DNA from: Nitrospirota bacterium
GTDB lineage: Bacteria; Nitrospirota; Thermodesulfovibrionia; Thermodesulfovibrionales; Dissulfurispiraceae
Length of the DNA stretch: 64,000 nucleotides
Direction: 5' to 3'
Assembly: GCA_963790025.1 (NCBI GenBank)
Contig: CAWBMP010000002.1
Span: 608,001 to 672,000, forward strand
Shown here: positions 9,550 to 19,484 of the stretch, in pieces
How positions within the stretch are numbered: the stretch's first letter is position 1
Layout: the number at the start of each line of letters is the position of its first letter
Translations under genes and position numbers: made by a program
Notes under the pieces: model-generated
Database searches by the model: none
Seen by the model: only the letters and a program-made list of their open reading frames with translations
Told to the model about the DNA's origin: nothing

Positions 9550-10444
9550 TCCGAATTTCCAGTCGCTTATCAGACAGAAATTGCTCAAGCAATTTCGTCT
9601 CTAACCTGATCTCATCTTCAGAAACATCTGATCCATGTTCAAATAAAAAAACAACAGAATCATTCAATTTTGAATTAATCAGCGGATAAAAATAAGATTC
9701 CTTCTTAATGCTTGAATGGCTCCTTTTATTATTATCATGAACATTGTCGCTGCCGTGTATGTGCACTTCGTGTATGTATTTCCCGAGTCTCACCAGGTCC
9801 GAAATATTGCCGCACTCAAACGCATGCCCCATGTCGAGAAGCAAGCCGGTATTGGGGAACTCCTGAAACAATTCCAGAAAATCATGCTGTCCGGCAGGAT
9901 AACTGTCTGCAAAAGTTGTATCCAGATTCTCCACCATCAGTGTAACATCCGAACGCACAGCCTTTTCAGAGGCGTACCGCATGAGATCCCTGAATTTCAG
10001 TATGCAATCATTTCTGTCCTTTGATTCGCCCATTTCAGGCTTATAAAAATTACCCCTTCCTCTAATCCCCAAACTGACTTCGTTTAAAACAGCCGGATGA
10101 ATACTGATATAGGTACTTTCAAGGAGTTCTGCAGCAGTAAACAGGTTGTCTACTATTACTTTATTGATGCCGCTCATCCCGTCTGCCGGATTAAACCATA
10201 TCCTGTCATTGTGCGGCGGAAATAAGGTATGAACAGTAAACTCAACGCGCCGGAAATCTCTCCTGATTTTCTTAAGAACATCCCAGATATTTTCTTCAAA
10301 AACATGTGCGGCCCCTATTTCCACCATATTAAATCCCAGCTCCGTGACCTTCCGGACCGACTCATAAACCGTGTAGCCCTGGGTCGCATAATATGTAGTG
10401 CTTAAGCCGATAATATTCTCATGGAGATCAAAGGGAGATTGCAT
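9527..10444 (-). CDS. Sugar phosphate isomerase/epimerase (xylose-isomerase-like TIM barrel)
   Basis: VEIG, SIHP, MVEN, LLDMGHA, EVHIHGSD metal ligands. Confidence 0.7.
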   Translation of the reverse strand: MQSPFDLHENIIGLSTTYYATQGYTVYESVRKVTELGFNMVEIGAAHVFEENIWDVLKKIRRDFRRVEFTVHTLFPPHNDRIWFNPADGMSGINKVIVDNLFTAAELLESTYISIHPAVLNEVSLGIRGRGNFYKPEMGESKDRNDCILKFRDLMRYASEKAVRSDVTLMVENLDTTFADSYPAGQHDFLELFQEFPNTGLLLDMGHAFECGNISDLVRLGKYIHEVHIHGSDNVHDNNKRSHSSIKKESYFYPLINSKLNDSVVFLFEHGSDVSEDEIRLETKLLEQFLSDKRLEIRNAEHQKV

Positions 10445-11473
10445 TTACATCCTGATTATGCACCGTGCGGCTTCACCTCTACGCATGGCGGCAATTGCGT
10501 CGTTAATTTCATCAAGGCTGAACCTGTGAGTTACCATTCCCTTGAAATCCAGATTTTTGACCCTCTGGAGATTGCTATATCTGGGGATATCGACAGATGG
10601 ATTGCTTTCCCCGCCATGTGAGCCCTTAATCACCTTATCAAAGTGGAGAGGAAGGGAATAAATGCTTATCCTTTCGCCCGCCCTGGGGACGCCGACCAGT
10701 ACGGTCCTCCCTGTCGGGGCCGTTATCTCGTATGCCAGGTCAATTACCTTAACTATTCCGGTGTTGTCGATCGCCGCATCAACGCCCTGTTTGCCGGCAA
10801 TTTTAAGGATTTCTTCCTTAACGTCAACTTTGGAAGAATTTATCAGATGGGTCGCGCCGAACCTTGCGGCCATCTCGAGTTTATGGTCATACAGATCGAT
10901 CGCTATTATGGGATAGGCAGATACAAGGGCCGCTCCCTGCACTTCATTGAGACCGACTCCCCCGATGCCGAAAATGGCAACCGATTCTCCGATTTTCAAT
11001 TTCACATTGTTGTTGATGACGCCGAAACCCGTTGTTATCGCGCAACCCATCAGGGCGGCAACCTCAAAATCCATATCATCGGGTATAGGGGTAATGCGAT
11101 TTTCGGATACAACTGCATATTCATTAAACGTGGTGACGTATCCGGCGTTTACAACTTTGTCACCCCATTTGTATTGCGGGACGCCTGATTCGATACCGAT
11201 ACCTTTTCGCCAGTGCATAACAACATGATCATCCTTCTTAACATGCTTCACACCGGGCCCGACATCCTGGACAATACCGCCTCCCTCGTGGCCGAGCAAA
11301 TGCGGCAGAAACTTGTCCGGCCCCTTCACACCGCCAATCTCTCCTATCTGTGAACCGCATATCCCGCTGCAGACAACTTTGACAAGCACTTGCCCGTACT
11401 GCAGCCCGTCAGGGACACCAACTTCGTCGATTATCAAAGGTTTGTTCTGCTCAACAAGTATTGCCGCCTTCAT
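10445..11473 (-). CDS. Zinc-binding (MDR) alcohol/polyol dehydrogenase
   Basis: GICGSQ, LGHEGGG, GCAITTG, GIGGVG; start set at MKAAIL. Confidence 0.9.
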   Translation of the reverse strand: MKAAILVEQNKPLIIDEVGVPDGLQYGQVLVKVVCSGICGSQIGEIGGVKGPDKFLPHLLGHEGGGIVQDVGPGVKHVKKDDHVVMHWRKGIGIESGVPQYKWGDKVVNAGYVTTFNEYAVVSENRITPIPDDMDFEVAALMGCAITTGFGVINNNVKLKIGESVAIFGIGGVGLNEVQGAALVSAYPIIAIDLYDHKLEMAARFGATHLINSSKVDVKEEILKIAGKQGVDAAIDNTGIVKVIDLAYEITAPTGRTVLVGVPRAGERISIYSLPLHFDKVIKGSHGGESNPSVDIPRYSNLQRVKNLDFKGMVTHRFSLDEINDAIAAMRRGEAARCIIRM

Positions 11474-11486
11474 CCCATGCCTTCCT

Positions 11487-12149
11487 TTACTCGAAATAAA
11501 TGAACGAGTGGTCCCCCTTGTAACCGGCAAGGTCAAAAAACCATTCCCACTCTTTTGGCGCAAAAAAACACTCACCGGTCAGCACCCAATACATCAGATT
11601 GACCTTTTCCTCTTCATTCCTGTACGACTCAACGACAGTATATTTGTTCTTCCGTCCGACCCGCTCCATCTCCTTCAGTGCGGAAACCACGTCATAGCAC
11701 GGCAGATTGTGAATAGTATTAAGGGAGATTACAAGGTCAAAACTGTTGTTTTCATAAGGCAATGAAGCGGCATTGCCGGTCATGAGAAACTGGCGGACTT
11801 CCTCTTTGGAATTGTTTATCGCGTATTCGGATATGTCCAAACCGGTTATTTCAACGCCAGGCACGACCTGGGTGAATTCATAGAGCAAAAAGCCTTTCCC
11901 GCAGCCCACATCAAGGATGCGGTCTCCCGACTTAATGCTATAATGGTCAGCCATTGCCTGGGCCACTTTCTTCCATCTGCCGTCATACTTATAGCCGCCG
12001 TATCCGAACTTCCGGTCGCCGTCCCAGTAATCGAAGTCATACTTCTTTGCACGCTTGATCGCCTCGGCTTTGGGAAATTCGTTCACCCTGCCCAGGTAAT
12101 CCCGCTTTGTGCTCTTATGATTAGCAGCCAGGAAATCAATATAAGCCAT
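11487..12149 (-). CDS. Class I SAM-dependent methyltransferase
   Basis: ILDVGCGKG, GLDIS, FDLVIS; N-terminal YWDGDRKFGYGGY. Confidence 0.85.
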   Translation of the reverse strand: MAYIDFLAANHKSTKRDYLGRVNEFPKAEAIKRAKKYDFDYWDGDRKFGYGGYKYDGRWKKVAQAMADHYSIKSGDRILDVGCGKGFLLYEFTQVVPGVEITGLDISEYAINNSKEEVRQFLMTGNAASLPYENNSFDLVISLNTIHNLPCYDVVSALKEMERVGRKNKYTVVESYRNEEEKVNLMYWVLTGECFFAPKEWEWFFDLAGYKGDHSFIYFE

Positions 12150-12152
12150 AAC

Positions 12153-13082
12153 TTATGCTCCTTTAATTAATGTATTTATCGTCGATACAACTTTTTCTGC
12201 TGTTATTCCATAAGATTGCATAATAAAATCCTGGGAACCATAGAGCGAGGGAAAAACATCGGGCAACGAGATCTTTGCAAACTTCTTTGGTTCTGCGAAG
12301 TTCGCCCCTGCTATAATGTCTGCGACCGCGCTTCCAAGCCCGCCGATTGCAGAGTGTTCTTCCACCGTCACAACGGCCTTCACCCTGCCCGATACGCCGA
12401 GTATTGCATCATTATCTAACGGTTTTACCGTATGGACATGCAGCACCCCTGTATCTATCCCGCTTTTTGTCAGGGTCTCAGCTGCTTCCAGTGCCAATTT
12501 AAGAACAATGCCCGTTGTAATAATGACCGCGTCGTTCCCGCAACGCATGGGGACCGCTTTTCCGATTACAAAAGAATTATCCGGCGAACTGACAACAGGT
12601 TCCCCCCCTTTGCCGAGACGTATATACATAGGACCTTCGTACTCCAGGGTCAGCGGCATCAGCCTTTTCATCTCCTCAGCATCGCAGGGGGCAACAATGG
12701 TCATATTGGGGATCGTCCGCATCAGCGCTATATCCTCAAAAGCGATATGTGTCGGTCCAAGCGGCGCATAAACCACCCCGCCTCCGCTGCCGATAATCCG
12801 GACCTTCAGTTTATGCATAGCCGCGTCAAGCAGCAACTGTTCATAACATCTGCGGGTCAAAAAGACGGCAATGGTATTTAAATAAGGTATCTTGCCATTC
12901 ATCGCAAGGCCGGACATCACTCCGATGATATTCGCTTCTGAAACTCCCTCCATAAAATAACGTTCTGGAAATTCCTTCTGAAAATCAGCCAGGGTCCCAG
13001 CTCCGATATCAGAACCGAAAAAAAGCACCCGCTTGTCCTTCCTGGCCAATCCATAAATTTCGTTAAGGCATGTTTTTCTCAT
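12153..13082 (-). CDS. Transketolase C-terminal (pyrimidine-binding) subunit
   Basis: FPERYFMEGVSEANIIG, LGPTH, YIRLGK, TVEEHSAIGGLGS. Confidence 0.9.
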   Translation of the reverse strand: MRKTCLNEIYGLARKDKRVLFFGSDIGAGTLADFQKEFPERYFMEGVSEANIIGVMSGLAMNGKIPYLNTIAVFLTRRCYEQLLLDAAMHKLKVRIIGSGGGVVYAPLGPTHIAFEDIALMRTIPNMTIVAPCDAEEMKRLMPLTLEYEGPMYIRLGKGGEPVVSSPDNSFVIGKAVPMRCGNDAVIITTGIVLKLALEAAETLTKSGIDTGVLHVHTVKPLDNDAILGVSGRVKAVVTVEEHSAIGGLGSAVADIIAGANFAEPKKFAKISLPDVFPSLYGSQDFIMQSYGITAEKVVSTINTLIKGA

Positions 13083-13900
13083 TTTGAAGATTCCAATCCC
13101 TCTTTTAAATCACGCAATTCATTGTCGGAGACTTTGGCTTTATGGTGCCAGGAAGCATTACCTTCAAGAAATCCTATACCTTTCCCCTTTATCGTATGGC
13201 ATATAATCACACTTGGCTTGCCGTTCTCAAAAGGAACGTCAAGCAATGCATTCCTGATCGCCTGCACATCATGCCCGTCAACTTCCTTTACTGCAAAGCC
13301 AAAACCAAGCCATTTCCCGGCAAAAGGTTCAAGATCCATCACATCGCATGTATTGCCGTAACATTGCATCTTATTGTAATCAACAATAACAACAAGGCGG
13401 TCGAGTTTATGTTTGGCAGCACATAAGGCAGCCTCCCAAACCGACCCTTCATTGCATTCACCGTCTCCTGTCAGCACATATGTTCTATAGTCATTACCAT
13501 CTATCTTCCCGTTTAAAGCAATGCCTATACCGATCGACAGCCCATGACCGAGAGAGCCGGTAGAGGCCTCGACCCCGGGTATTTTAAGATACTCGGGATG
13601 TCCGCCGAGCATAGCGCCGGGGCTGCAAAACCGGTAAAGCTCCTCCTCGGGGAAAAAGCCCTTATCAGCCAGGATGGTGTAAAGCGCAAGGCATCCGTGG
13701 CCTTTACTTAAAATAAAGCGGTCTCTGTCCGGCATCAATGGTTTGTCAGGTCGCACTTTAAGCACATCGTCATAAAGCACACGCAGAATCTCCATTATGG
13801 AAAATGCCGACAAGATATGACCCCTGCGTGCGTGCTCAATAATATTGAGTATTTGTCTCCTCAGCGTAATGGAACGACTATCCAGTTTATTGTTATGCAT
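13079..13900 (-). CDS. Transketolase N-terminal (TPP-binding) subunit
   Basis: RDRFILSKGH, STGSLGHGL, GDGECNEGSVWEA, TIKGKG. Confidence 0.92.
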   Translation of the reverse strand: MHNNKLDSRSITLRRQILNIIEHARRGHILSAFSIMEILRVLYDDVLKVRPDKPLMPDRDRFILSKGHGCLALYTILADKGFFPEEELYRFCSPGAMLGGHPEYLKIPGVEASTGSLGHGLSIGIGIALNGKIDGNDYRTYVLTGDGECNEGSVWEAALCAAKHKLDRLVVIVDYNKMQCYGNTCDVMDLEPFAGKWLGFGFAVKEVDGHDVQAIRNALLDVPFENGKPSVIICHTIKGKGIGFLEGNASWHHKAKVSDNELRDLKEGLESSK

Positions 13901-14982
13901 TACACACCCTGTTTCAGCAATGAAATGGGAAAAGTACGGTTCAGGAAATCCTCTGAAAACTCTGCAAGTTTATTTTTTGCCTTTTTCAGTTGAGCTGCAC
14001 AGGCCTCCTGACAGGACCCTTTTTCATACGCAGACCACACAAAGACATTAAGCATTATGAGACACCACTTGAGGGCCAAAAGAATGTATGCCAGAGGCAG
14101 GCGTTTCGAATAGAATTCATCGCGCCCGAGAAAGGCAGCAGTCTTCTCAAAAAAATAGTCCCTGTATTTGCGGGGCAACGGCACTTCAGGCTGCAGAAAA
14201 AAATCCGCAGCCAGTTTAGCAGGGTCGTCCCATCCGTAATATTCGAAATCTATAAAGACGAGGGACCCGTCGTCACGCTTGATAGCATTATGAAACCCGA
14301 AATCGGAAGGACTCAAAATCCTGTGCGCTTCAGGCAGTTCTCTATCGATGTCCATTTCAAAGCTGTTGCATTGTTCCTCTACAAACGTTTTCATTTCATC
14401 GAATACCGGCAGAAATTCCTTGTCCATAAAGCTTTGAAAACTTTTCGATAAAATGTGATCATGGCCCGGCAATCTCAATCTCTTTATACGATTTTCTATG
14501 CTCTTTATATAGTCCCGCAGTGAAAAGCAGGCTTCGGATGCATCGGGCTGCCTCCCGGATTCGCCGTCAGCGGCAATCGAGCAGAGTTTCTCGAGGAACA
14601 CAGCCGCCTGTTCTACGTCCGAAGATGATATTTCGCCCGGCTTCAGCTTACGACCCCGAATATAACCGTACAGGCCGATCCTGCTTTCGCTGTCCATAAA
14701 AACAGGTTCAGGGACAGAGCGGATTCCGTTGTCCCATAAAAAAACCAGTCCCGAATATTCGGTCCCTGCGCGGTCCCTCGTATCACCTTTCCTGGTGATA
14801 TATTTCTTGGCAAGATATTCCGTTCCGGAATCCGTGATGACATGGAATACGGAACTGTTGGCCCCGCCCCGGAACTGGTCGATCCTGACCAGCTTTTGAC
14901 CTGTTCTTTCAGAAAGCAGGCTTTCAAGTTTATCGGCAACTGCCGCAGCTTCAGGAGTTGAAAAAGTATTTTGTGATTTCAT
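13900..14982 (-). CDS. Aminoglycoside-phosphotransferase/choline-kinase-like phosphotransferase
   Basis: GGANSSVF, SPSDFGFHN, FIDFEYYGWDDP; start set at MKSQN. Confidence 0.75.
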   Translation of the reverse strand: MKSQNTFSTPEAAAVADKLESLLSERTGQKLVRIDQFRGGANSSVFHVITDSGTEYLAKKYITRKGDTRDRAGTEYSGLVFLWDNGIRSVPEPVFMDSESRIGLYGYIRGRKLKPGEISSSDVEQAAVFLEKLCSIAADGESGRQPDASEACFSLRDYIKSIENRIKRLRLPGHDHILSKSFQSFMDKEFLPVFDEMKTFVEEQCNSFEMDIDRELPEAHRILSPSDFGFHNAIKRDDGSLVFIDFEYYGWDDPAKLAADFFLQPEVPLPRKYRDYFFEKTAAFLGRDEFYSKRLPLAYILLALKWCLIMLNVFVWSAYEKGSCQEACAAQLKKAKNKLAEFSEDFLNRTFPISLLKQGV

Positions 14983-15568
14983 TCCAATCGTTAAAATGCC
15001 TGATCTGCCGAGGCATGTCTCTTTGGGGCCCCGACCCATAAAGGATCCTTTCGACCTGCTCCGGGAAACCGTCGTTTGTAAGAACTTCTATCAGGTCATC
15101 CACAAAGTGCGTACATTTCCGGTCAGCGATCTCTTTCAGCTTCTCGCCGAGGGTCCCGACAAATACGGCATCGGAACGCGACAAGCCAAGTTCAGTGAAA
15201 AACCCGTTCGCCTCAAGCCATCTGACCGCAGCTTCACGAAGGTTCAGCTTGGGACCCAGGGCAGGATATTCCGTCTTATGGCTTATAATGGAAATGCCTG
15301 TCGAGGTTTGCCTGCAAAGCTGCACAAATTCCCTGACCCCTTGCGCGGGCTGTGCGTCTTCGATATAATGCCCGTATACGAAGGCCTGAAGCTCAGTCCA
15401 CTTTTCTTCTCCGTGCGGAAGTTTTCTTATGGTATCGCGGATGATCTGTTTCTTCCTTTTAACGTCCCTGGAAACCAGGCCTGCGTCGAATGCATGCTTA
15501 TAAAAAACATCGTCATAGATGACCGTTGTATTATCGAAATCAATGCCTATATGAATGTTGCGGTTCAT
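14951..15568 (-). CDS. HAD-superfamily phosphatase
   Basis: IGIDFDNT motif I, ISHKT, HFVDD. Confidence 0.75.
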   Translation of the reverse strand: MNRNIHIGIDFDNTTVIYDDVFYKHAFDAGLVSRDVKRKKQIIRDTIRKLPHGEEKWTELQAFVYGHYIEDAQPAQGVREFVQLCRQTSTGISIISHKTEYPALGPKLNLREAAVRWLEANGFFTELGLSRSDAVFVGTLGEKLKEIADRKCTHFVDDLIEVLTNDGFPEQVERILYGSGPQRDMPRQIRHFNDWNEITKYFFNS

Positions 15569-15571
15569 GAT

Positions 15572-16573
15572 CTACGGTTGATGAATATACTCGTGGGGCA
15601 GATCTTCGATGTTATTCCATTCCCGTTCGATCCACTCGACTACCCCGGATATTCCCTCATCAAATGAAACGACGGGCTTCCATCCGAACTCGCTTCTCGC
15701 TTTGCCTGAATCTATGACATAGGCCTTATCTTGTCCCGGACGCTCCGCAACCTCACGGGTCGATTGTTCAAAGTCCCTGTTCATTTTGTCGCATATCATT
15801 TTAACGACGTCCCTCACCGATATTCCGGAATCCGGCGACAGGTGGTAAATGTCTCCCGGCTTCCCGTTTTCCATTACTGCCAATTCTCCTCTCGAAACGT
15901 CCCTGATATGTATGTATGACTTTATCGCCTTCCCGCCTCCATGCAGCCCGACAACCTTGTTTAATTTGCCGTATATGATGACACGGGGGATAATCTTGAA
16001 AAGCTGCTGATGGGCGCCGTACACATTCGTAGAGCGAATATACACCGCGGGCAGTCCATACTGCTTATGAAATGTATACAATGACAGATCTCCAGCCGCC
16101 TTTGAGGCCGCATATGGGGTGCTCGGATTCAGAGGAGCATCTTCCTTTACGACTCCCTCACATGTGCCGTAGACCTCGGGAGTCGATATATGCACGTACC
16201 GTTTTATGAATTTAAACCCGGACAGGTGCTTGAACAGCCTGGTAGCGGCCACGGAATTGGTCTGAAACCAATGTTCCGGATTTTCCCAGCTCGGAGCAAC
16301 TTCACTTTGGGCCGCAAAGTTAATTACGTAATCATGTTCAGCGGACCTGATAAGATCAGCGATCAGATCCATGTCTTTGTTCAGGTCCATCTGATAAAAC
16401 CTGAAATCCGCCCCGGCATGACGCTTATACGGCAGAAACAAGGCGTTTTTTTCACCTGACCTGCTGATACCAGTGACCGAGAACCTGCCTTCAGCCAAAA
16501 GCAGATCTATAAAATCGCTTCCCGAAAAAGAGTTGCTGCCGATAACCAGGACTTTCTGTCTTTTTTGTGTCAT
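15572..16573 (-). CDS. NDP-sugar 4,6-dehydratase/epimerase (extended SDR)
   Basis: GSNSFSG, NFAAQS, STPEVYG, YAASK, NVYG, YIHIRD. Confidence 0.88.
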   Translation of the reverse strand: MTQKRQKVLVIGSNSFSGSDFIDLLLAEGRFSVTGISRSGEKNALFLPYKRHAGADFRFYQMDLNKDMDLIADLIRSAEHDYVINFAAQSEVAPSWENPEHWFQTNSVAATRLFKHLSGFKFIKRYVHISTPEVYGTCEGVVKEDAPLNPSTPYAASKAAGDLSLYTFHKQYGLPAVYIRSTNVYGAHQQLFKIIPRVIIYGKLNKVVGLHGGGKAIKSYIHIRDVSRGELAVMENGKPGDIYHLSPDSGISVRDVVKMICDKMNRDFEQSTREVAERPGQDKAYVIDSGKARSEFGWKPVVSFDEGISGVVEWIEREWNNIEDLPHEYIHQP

Positions 16574-16625
16574 GTTTTCATTCCCTGAATAAATCTATGT
16601 CTATTTATCCTATCCATCATGCACG

Positions 16626-17771
16626 TTATCCCGCGTTTTCGAGTGCGGCATCCCCGCTTATTATCGCAGAATACCTTATCTTGCGATGTAAAAAATTGCC
16701 TTCAAAATAATAATAAGAAATTGATGCCAGCAATATGGTAAGACAAAAAACTGCGGGACAAATAAACAAATTGGACCTTAATCCCGCCAGTATGGCCACC
16801 TTGATCGTAACAATCACAGAAAGAAAGTGATACATATATAAACCATACGAGATCTTACCAAGGTATTTCATCATGGAATTTTCTAAAGATATTACATTGT
16901 TAGGATTTGCGACTAAATTGAGCACAATAACGGTAAATAAGCATGCGTAAAATTCATTATTCAGATTTTTGATAGGAAAATTAAAGCCGCCGGCGATACA
17001 TGTAACGAGCAACAATAGAGTCCCATAATAAAAGTATCCGTTAAACAGCCACCTTAGATACTTTTCATTATGCTCCTGCAATATCAACGCTGCTAATGCC
17101 CCCATTGCCATGCAATCAATGTTGAAAACCGACCAGAATTCTGTTAAAAACTTACCATAAGGCAATCTTCCTGCAAACAACCAGAGCATGAATTTGACTA
17201 ACAGATAAAAAGATAAAACTGATAACACAATCACATACTTATTGAACTTTGTCTTCAAGATATGCGGCCACATCAGATAAAACTGTTCCTCGGTGCCGAT
17301 CGACCACATTATGCCCGAATAAAAAGGGACGTGGCTTATTACACTAATGATGTTAGGCGAAAAAAACAGAAAAAAGGCGAGCTTGAGATATAAATGTCGC
17401 TGCATTATTGCTTTTTCGAAACCCGGAACAGTAAACAAACTCATATGAGGCACGACAAAAAAAGATAATATAACCATCAAAAAATATAGCGGCCATATCC
17501 TCAATATTCGCCTCATATAAAAACGCCAGACAGAAATGCGTCCTGTTTTTTGTTGCTCTTCCAGCAACAGAAAAGTAATTAGAAATCCGCTAATCACAAA
17601 AAACAACATCACCCCTAATTTACCTATCATCCCAAAAAACAATACACCATAATAATTGTTTATTCCGAAGATTCCTTTGCTTTGTTCGATATGATCAAAT
17701 ATAACCATCGCCGCGGCTATAAATCTCAGACCATTCAAATTCTTAAAATAAACAGAATTGACATCTCTCAT
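16626..17771 (-). CDS. Acyltransferase family 3 (OafA-like membrane O-acyltransferase)
   Basis: LNGLRFIA, GVMLFFVISGFLIT, RRILRIWPLY, WSIGTEEQFY, GKISYGLYMYH; multiple TM segments. Confidence 0.9.
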   Translation of the reverse strand: MRDVNSVYFKNLNGLRFIAAAMVIFDHIEQSKGIFGINNYYGVLFFGMIGKLGVMLFFVISGFLITFLLLEEQQKTGRISVWRFYMRRILRIWPLYFLMVILSFFVVPHMSLFTVPGFEKAIMQRHLYLKLAFFLFFSPNIISVISHVPFYSGIMWSIGTEEQFYLMWPHILKTKFNKYVIVLSVLSFYLLVKFMLWLFAGRLPYGKFLTEFWSVFNIDCMAMGALAALILQEHNEKYLRWLFNGYFYYGTLLLLVTCIAGGFNFPIKNLNNEFYACLFTVIVLNLVANPNNVISLENSMMKYLGKISYGLYMYHFLSVIVTIKVAILAGLRSNLFICPAVFCLTILLASISYYYFEGNFLHRKIRYSAIISGDAALENAG

Positions 17772-17837
17772 AATAACAGGCCATTCTTCTCGGTCACACA
17801 GAATTTTGGATGCTTTTTGCTCTTTGCTATTCGTGAG

Positions 17838-18905
17838 CTATATAAAATTGATGTGTTTTACTGACGGATTCTTAAGTTCCCAGAGAAACTCGTTTATCTG
17901 GTTAGGCCTGCAATTGGGCGGACATTTGGAGACATCGAGTTCACATTCCAGCCGTCGCTTGATCTCTCGCCTCTTTTCTCCCCTCCATATCTCTTCAAAA
18001 CTGTTTTTATAAATATTTCCGAATACGAATTGTTCGTCATCCCAGTACGGCAGACAACTTGCGATATCGCCGGCCGAATTCAATACGGAAATAAAAGATG
18101 TACCGAAGCAGCGGGCGTATCGTCGTTCGCCATAGTACTCAAAGGCATTCTTCCTTACTATCACTGAAAAGTTTTCGTCAGAGAGTTCCATGACGGCATC
18201 AAGGACATTTTCTATTTTTCCGAGGTCGAACTTTTCTCTCATTTTGTAAGCCTGTCGTACGCTCTGCTGGACAAACGGTTTAATAGCTAAATAGTCGATA
18301 CCGTTTTCTTTCAGGCTTTTGGCGGCGTTGACAAGGAAATCGATATTTTCGGGCAGTAAAACGTACTGCGCCCCAAGATCCAGATCAAGCCCTCTTTTGG
18401 CTTTAATCCCGGCAGCGCACCCGATGTTCCTGAGGACCTCCGCAAAAACCGATTCGCCCGTCTTGTGGATTTCAGCGTAATTCCTGCCGCTCCCCCCATT
18501 GAAACTGAAACGCATAAACGTCAGAGACGGAAGCATTTTCCCGGCAAGAGACTCTTTCAGGAACTGCCCGTTTGTGTACATGCCTGCATCGATGCCTTTT
18601 TCCTTAGTTCTAACTACAAATCTGTCTATATCATTATGGAGCAGCGGCTCACCCTCTCCCGCATATAACAGGCTCTTTACTCCCAGGCGCGACGCTACAT
18701 CGATGAACTTCAGGAAAATTTCAGTATCGAGTCTCCTGTTAGGGTGACCGATAAAATCATAAGCGCAAAAAACGCACCTGTGGTTGCAGACCCCTGAAGG
18801 GCTTATTTCCATGTATACGGGATAAACATCGCCCTTTTCAGCCCATTCATTTACTCTCGAAAGATGATAAATGAGTTTGTGGCTGTCGATCCTGTATTTA
18901 TCCAT
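17838..18905 (-). CDS. Radical SAM protein with SPASM/twitch domain
   Basis: CNHRCVFC, GEGEP, C-terminal C..C..FGNI..IW..CPPNC. Confidence 0.9.
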   Translation of the reverse strand: MDKYRIDSHKLIYHLSRVNEWAEKGDVYPVYMEISPSGVCNHRCVFCAYDFIGHPNRRLDTEIFLKFIDVASRLGVKSLLYAGEGEPLLHNDIDRFVVRTKEKGIDAGMYTNGQFLKESLAGKMLPSLTFMRFSFNGGSGRNYAEIHKTGESVFAEVLRNIGCAAGIKAKRGLDLDLGAQYVLLPENIDFLVNAAKSLKENGIDYLAIKPFVQQSVRQAYKMREKFDLGKIENVLDAVMELSDENFSVIVRKNAFEYYGERRYARCFGTSFISVLNSAGDIASCLPYWDDEQFVFGNIYKNSFEEIWRGEKRREIKRRLECELDVSKCPPNCRPNQINEFLWELKNPSVKHINFI

Positions 18906-19476
18906 TCTTTTTCATCTTTAAAACATCCAGTATGCAGTGGCAGATATAGTGATGGATCACTTCCACTGTGCCGTAAGAAGAGGACGGCACGTAAAAATTC
19001 ACGTCACCCATAAAGGAAAGCGGGTTGTCATTATCAAAACCAGACAACGTAATAACAGCACAGCCTTTCTCTCTCGCAATTTTTACGCCGAGCAAAATAT
19101 TGTCCGATCTGCCGGAACTGCTGATCGCAACAAGGATGTCCCCCTTGTCAGCGAACATCTCAATAGGCTTTTCAAATACGTGCTTGTATCCATAATCGTT
19201 TCCGAGACAGGTCAACTGCGGTCCGTCGTTAAATGAGACAGCCTTGATGCCCCCGTTCTTCCAGAAATCGACAGCCATATGGCTCGAGATGGCGGCGCTG
19301 CCCCCATTGCCTATGAATATGAGTTTATGGGCAGGATCGATGTTTGTGCCGATAAGAGAAATCGCCAGTTCCATGCCTTGCGCGTAACCTAATTCGACGC
19401 CGTCCACATCAGTGGCCCTGGCTTTGCTCAGACAGTTCATCATGTTATCGAAATAAATTTCAGCTAATGTTTTCAT
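18898..19476 (-). CDS. SIS-domain phosphosugar isomerase, GmhA-like
   Basis: IGNGGSAA, NDYGY..VF, ISSSGRSDN, TLSG; differs from canonical GmhA motifs. Confidence 0.8.
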   Translation of the reverse strand: MKTLAEIYFDNMMNCLSKARATDVDGVELGYAQGMELAISLIGTNIDPAHKLIFIGNGGSAAISSHMAVDFWKNGGIKAVSFNDGPQLTCLGNDYGYKHVFEKPIEMFADKGDILVAISSSGRSDNILLGVKIAREKGCAVITLSGFDNDNPLSFMGDVNFYVPSSSYGTVEVIHHYICHCILDVLKMKKNG

Positions 19477-19484
19477 TTGAGGTC

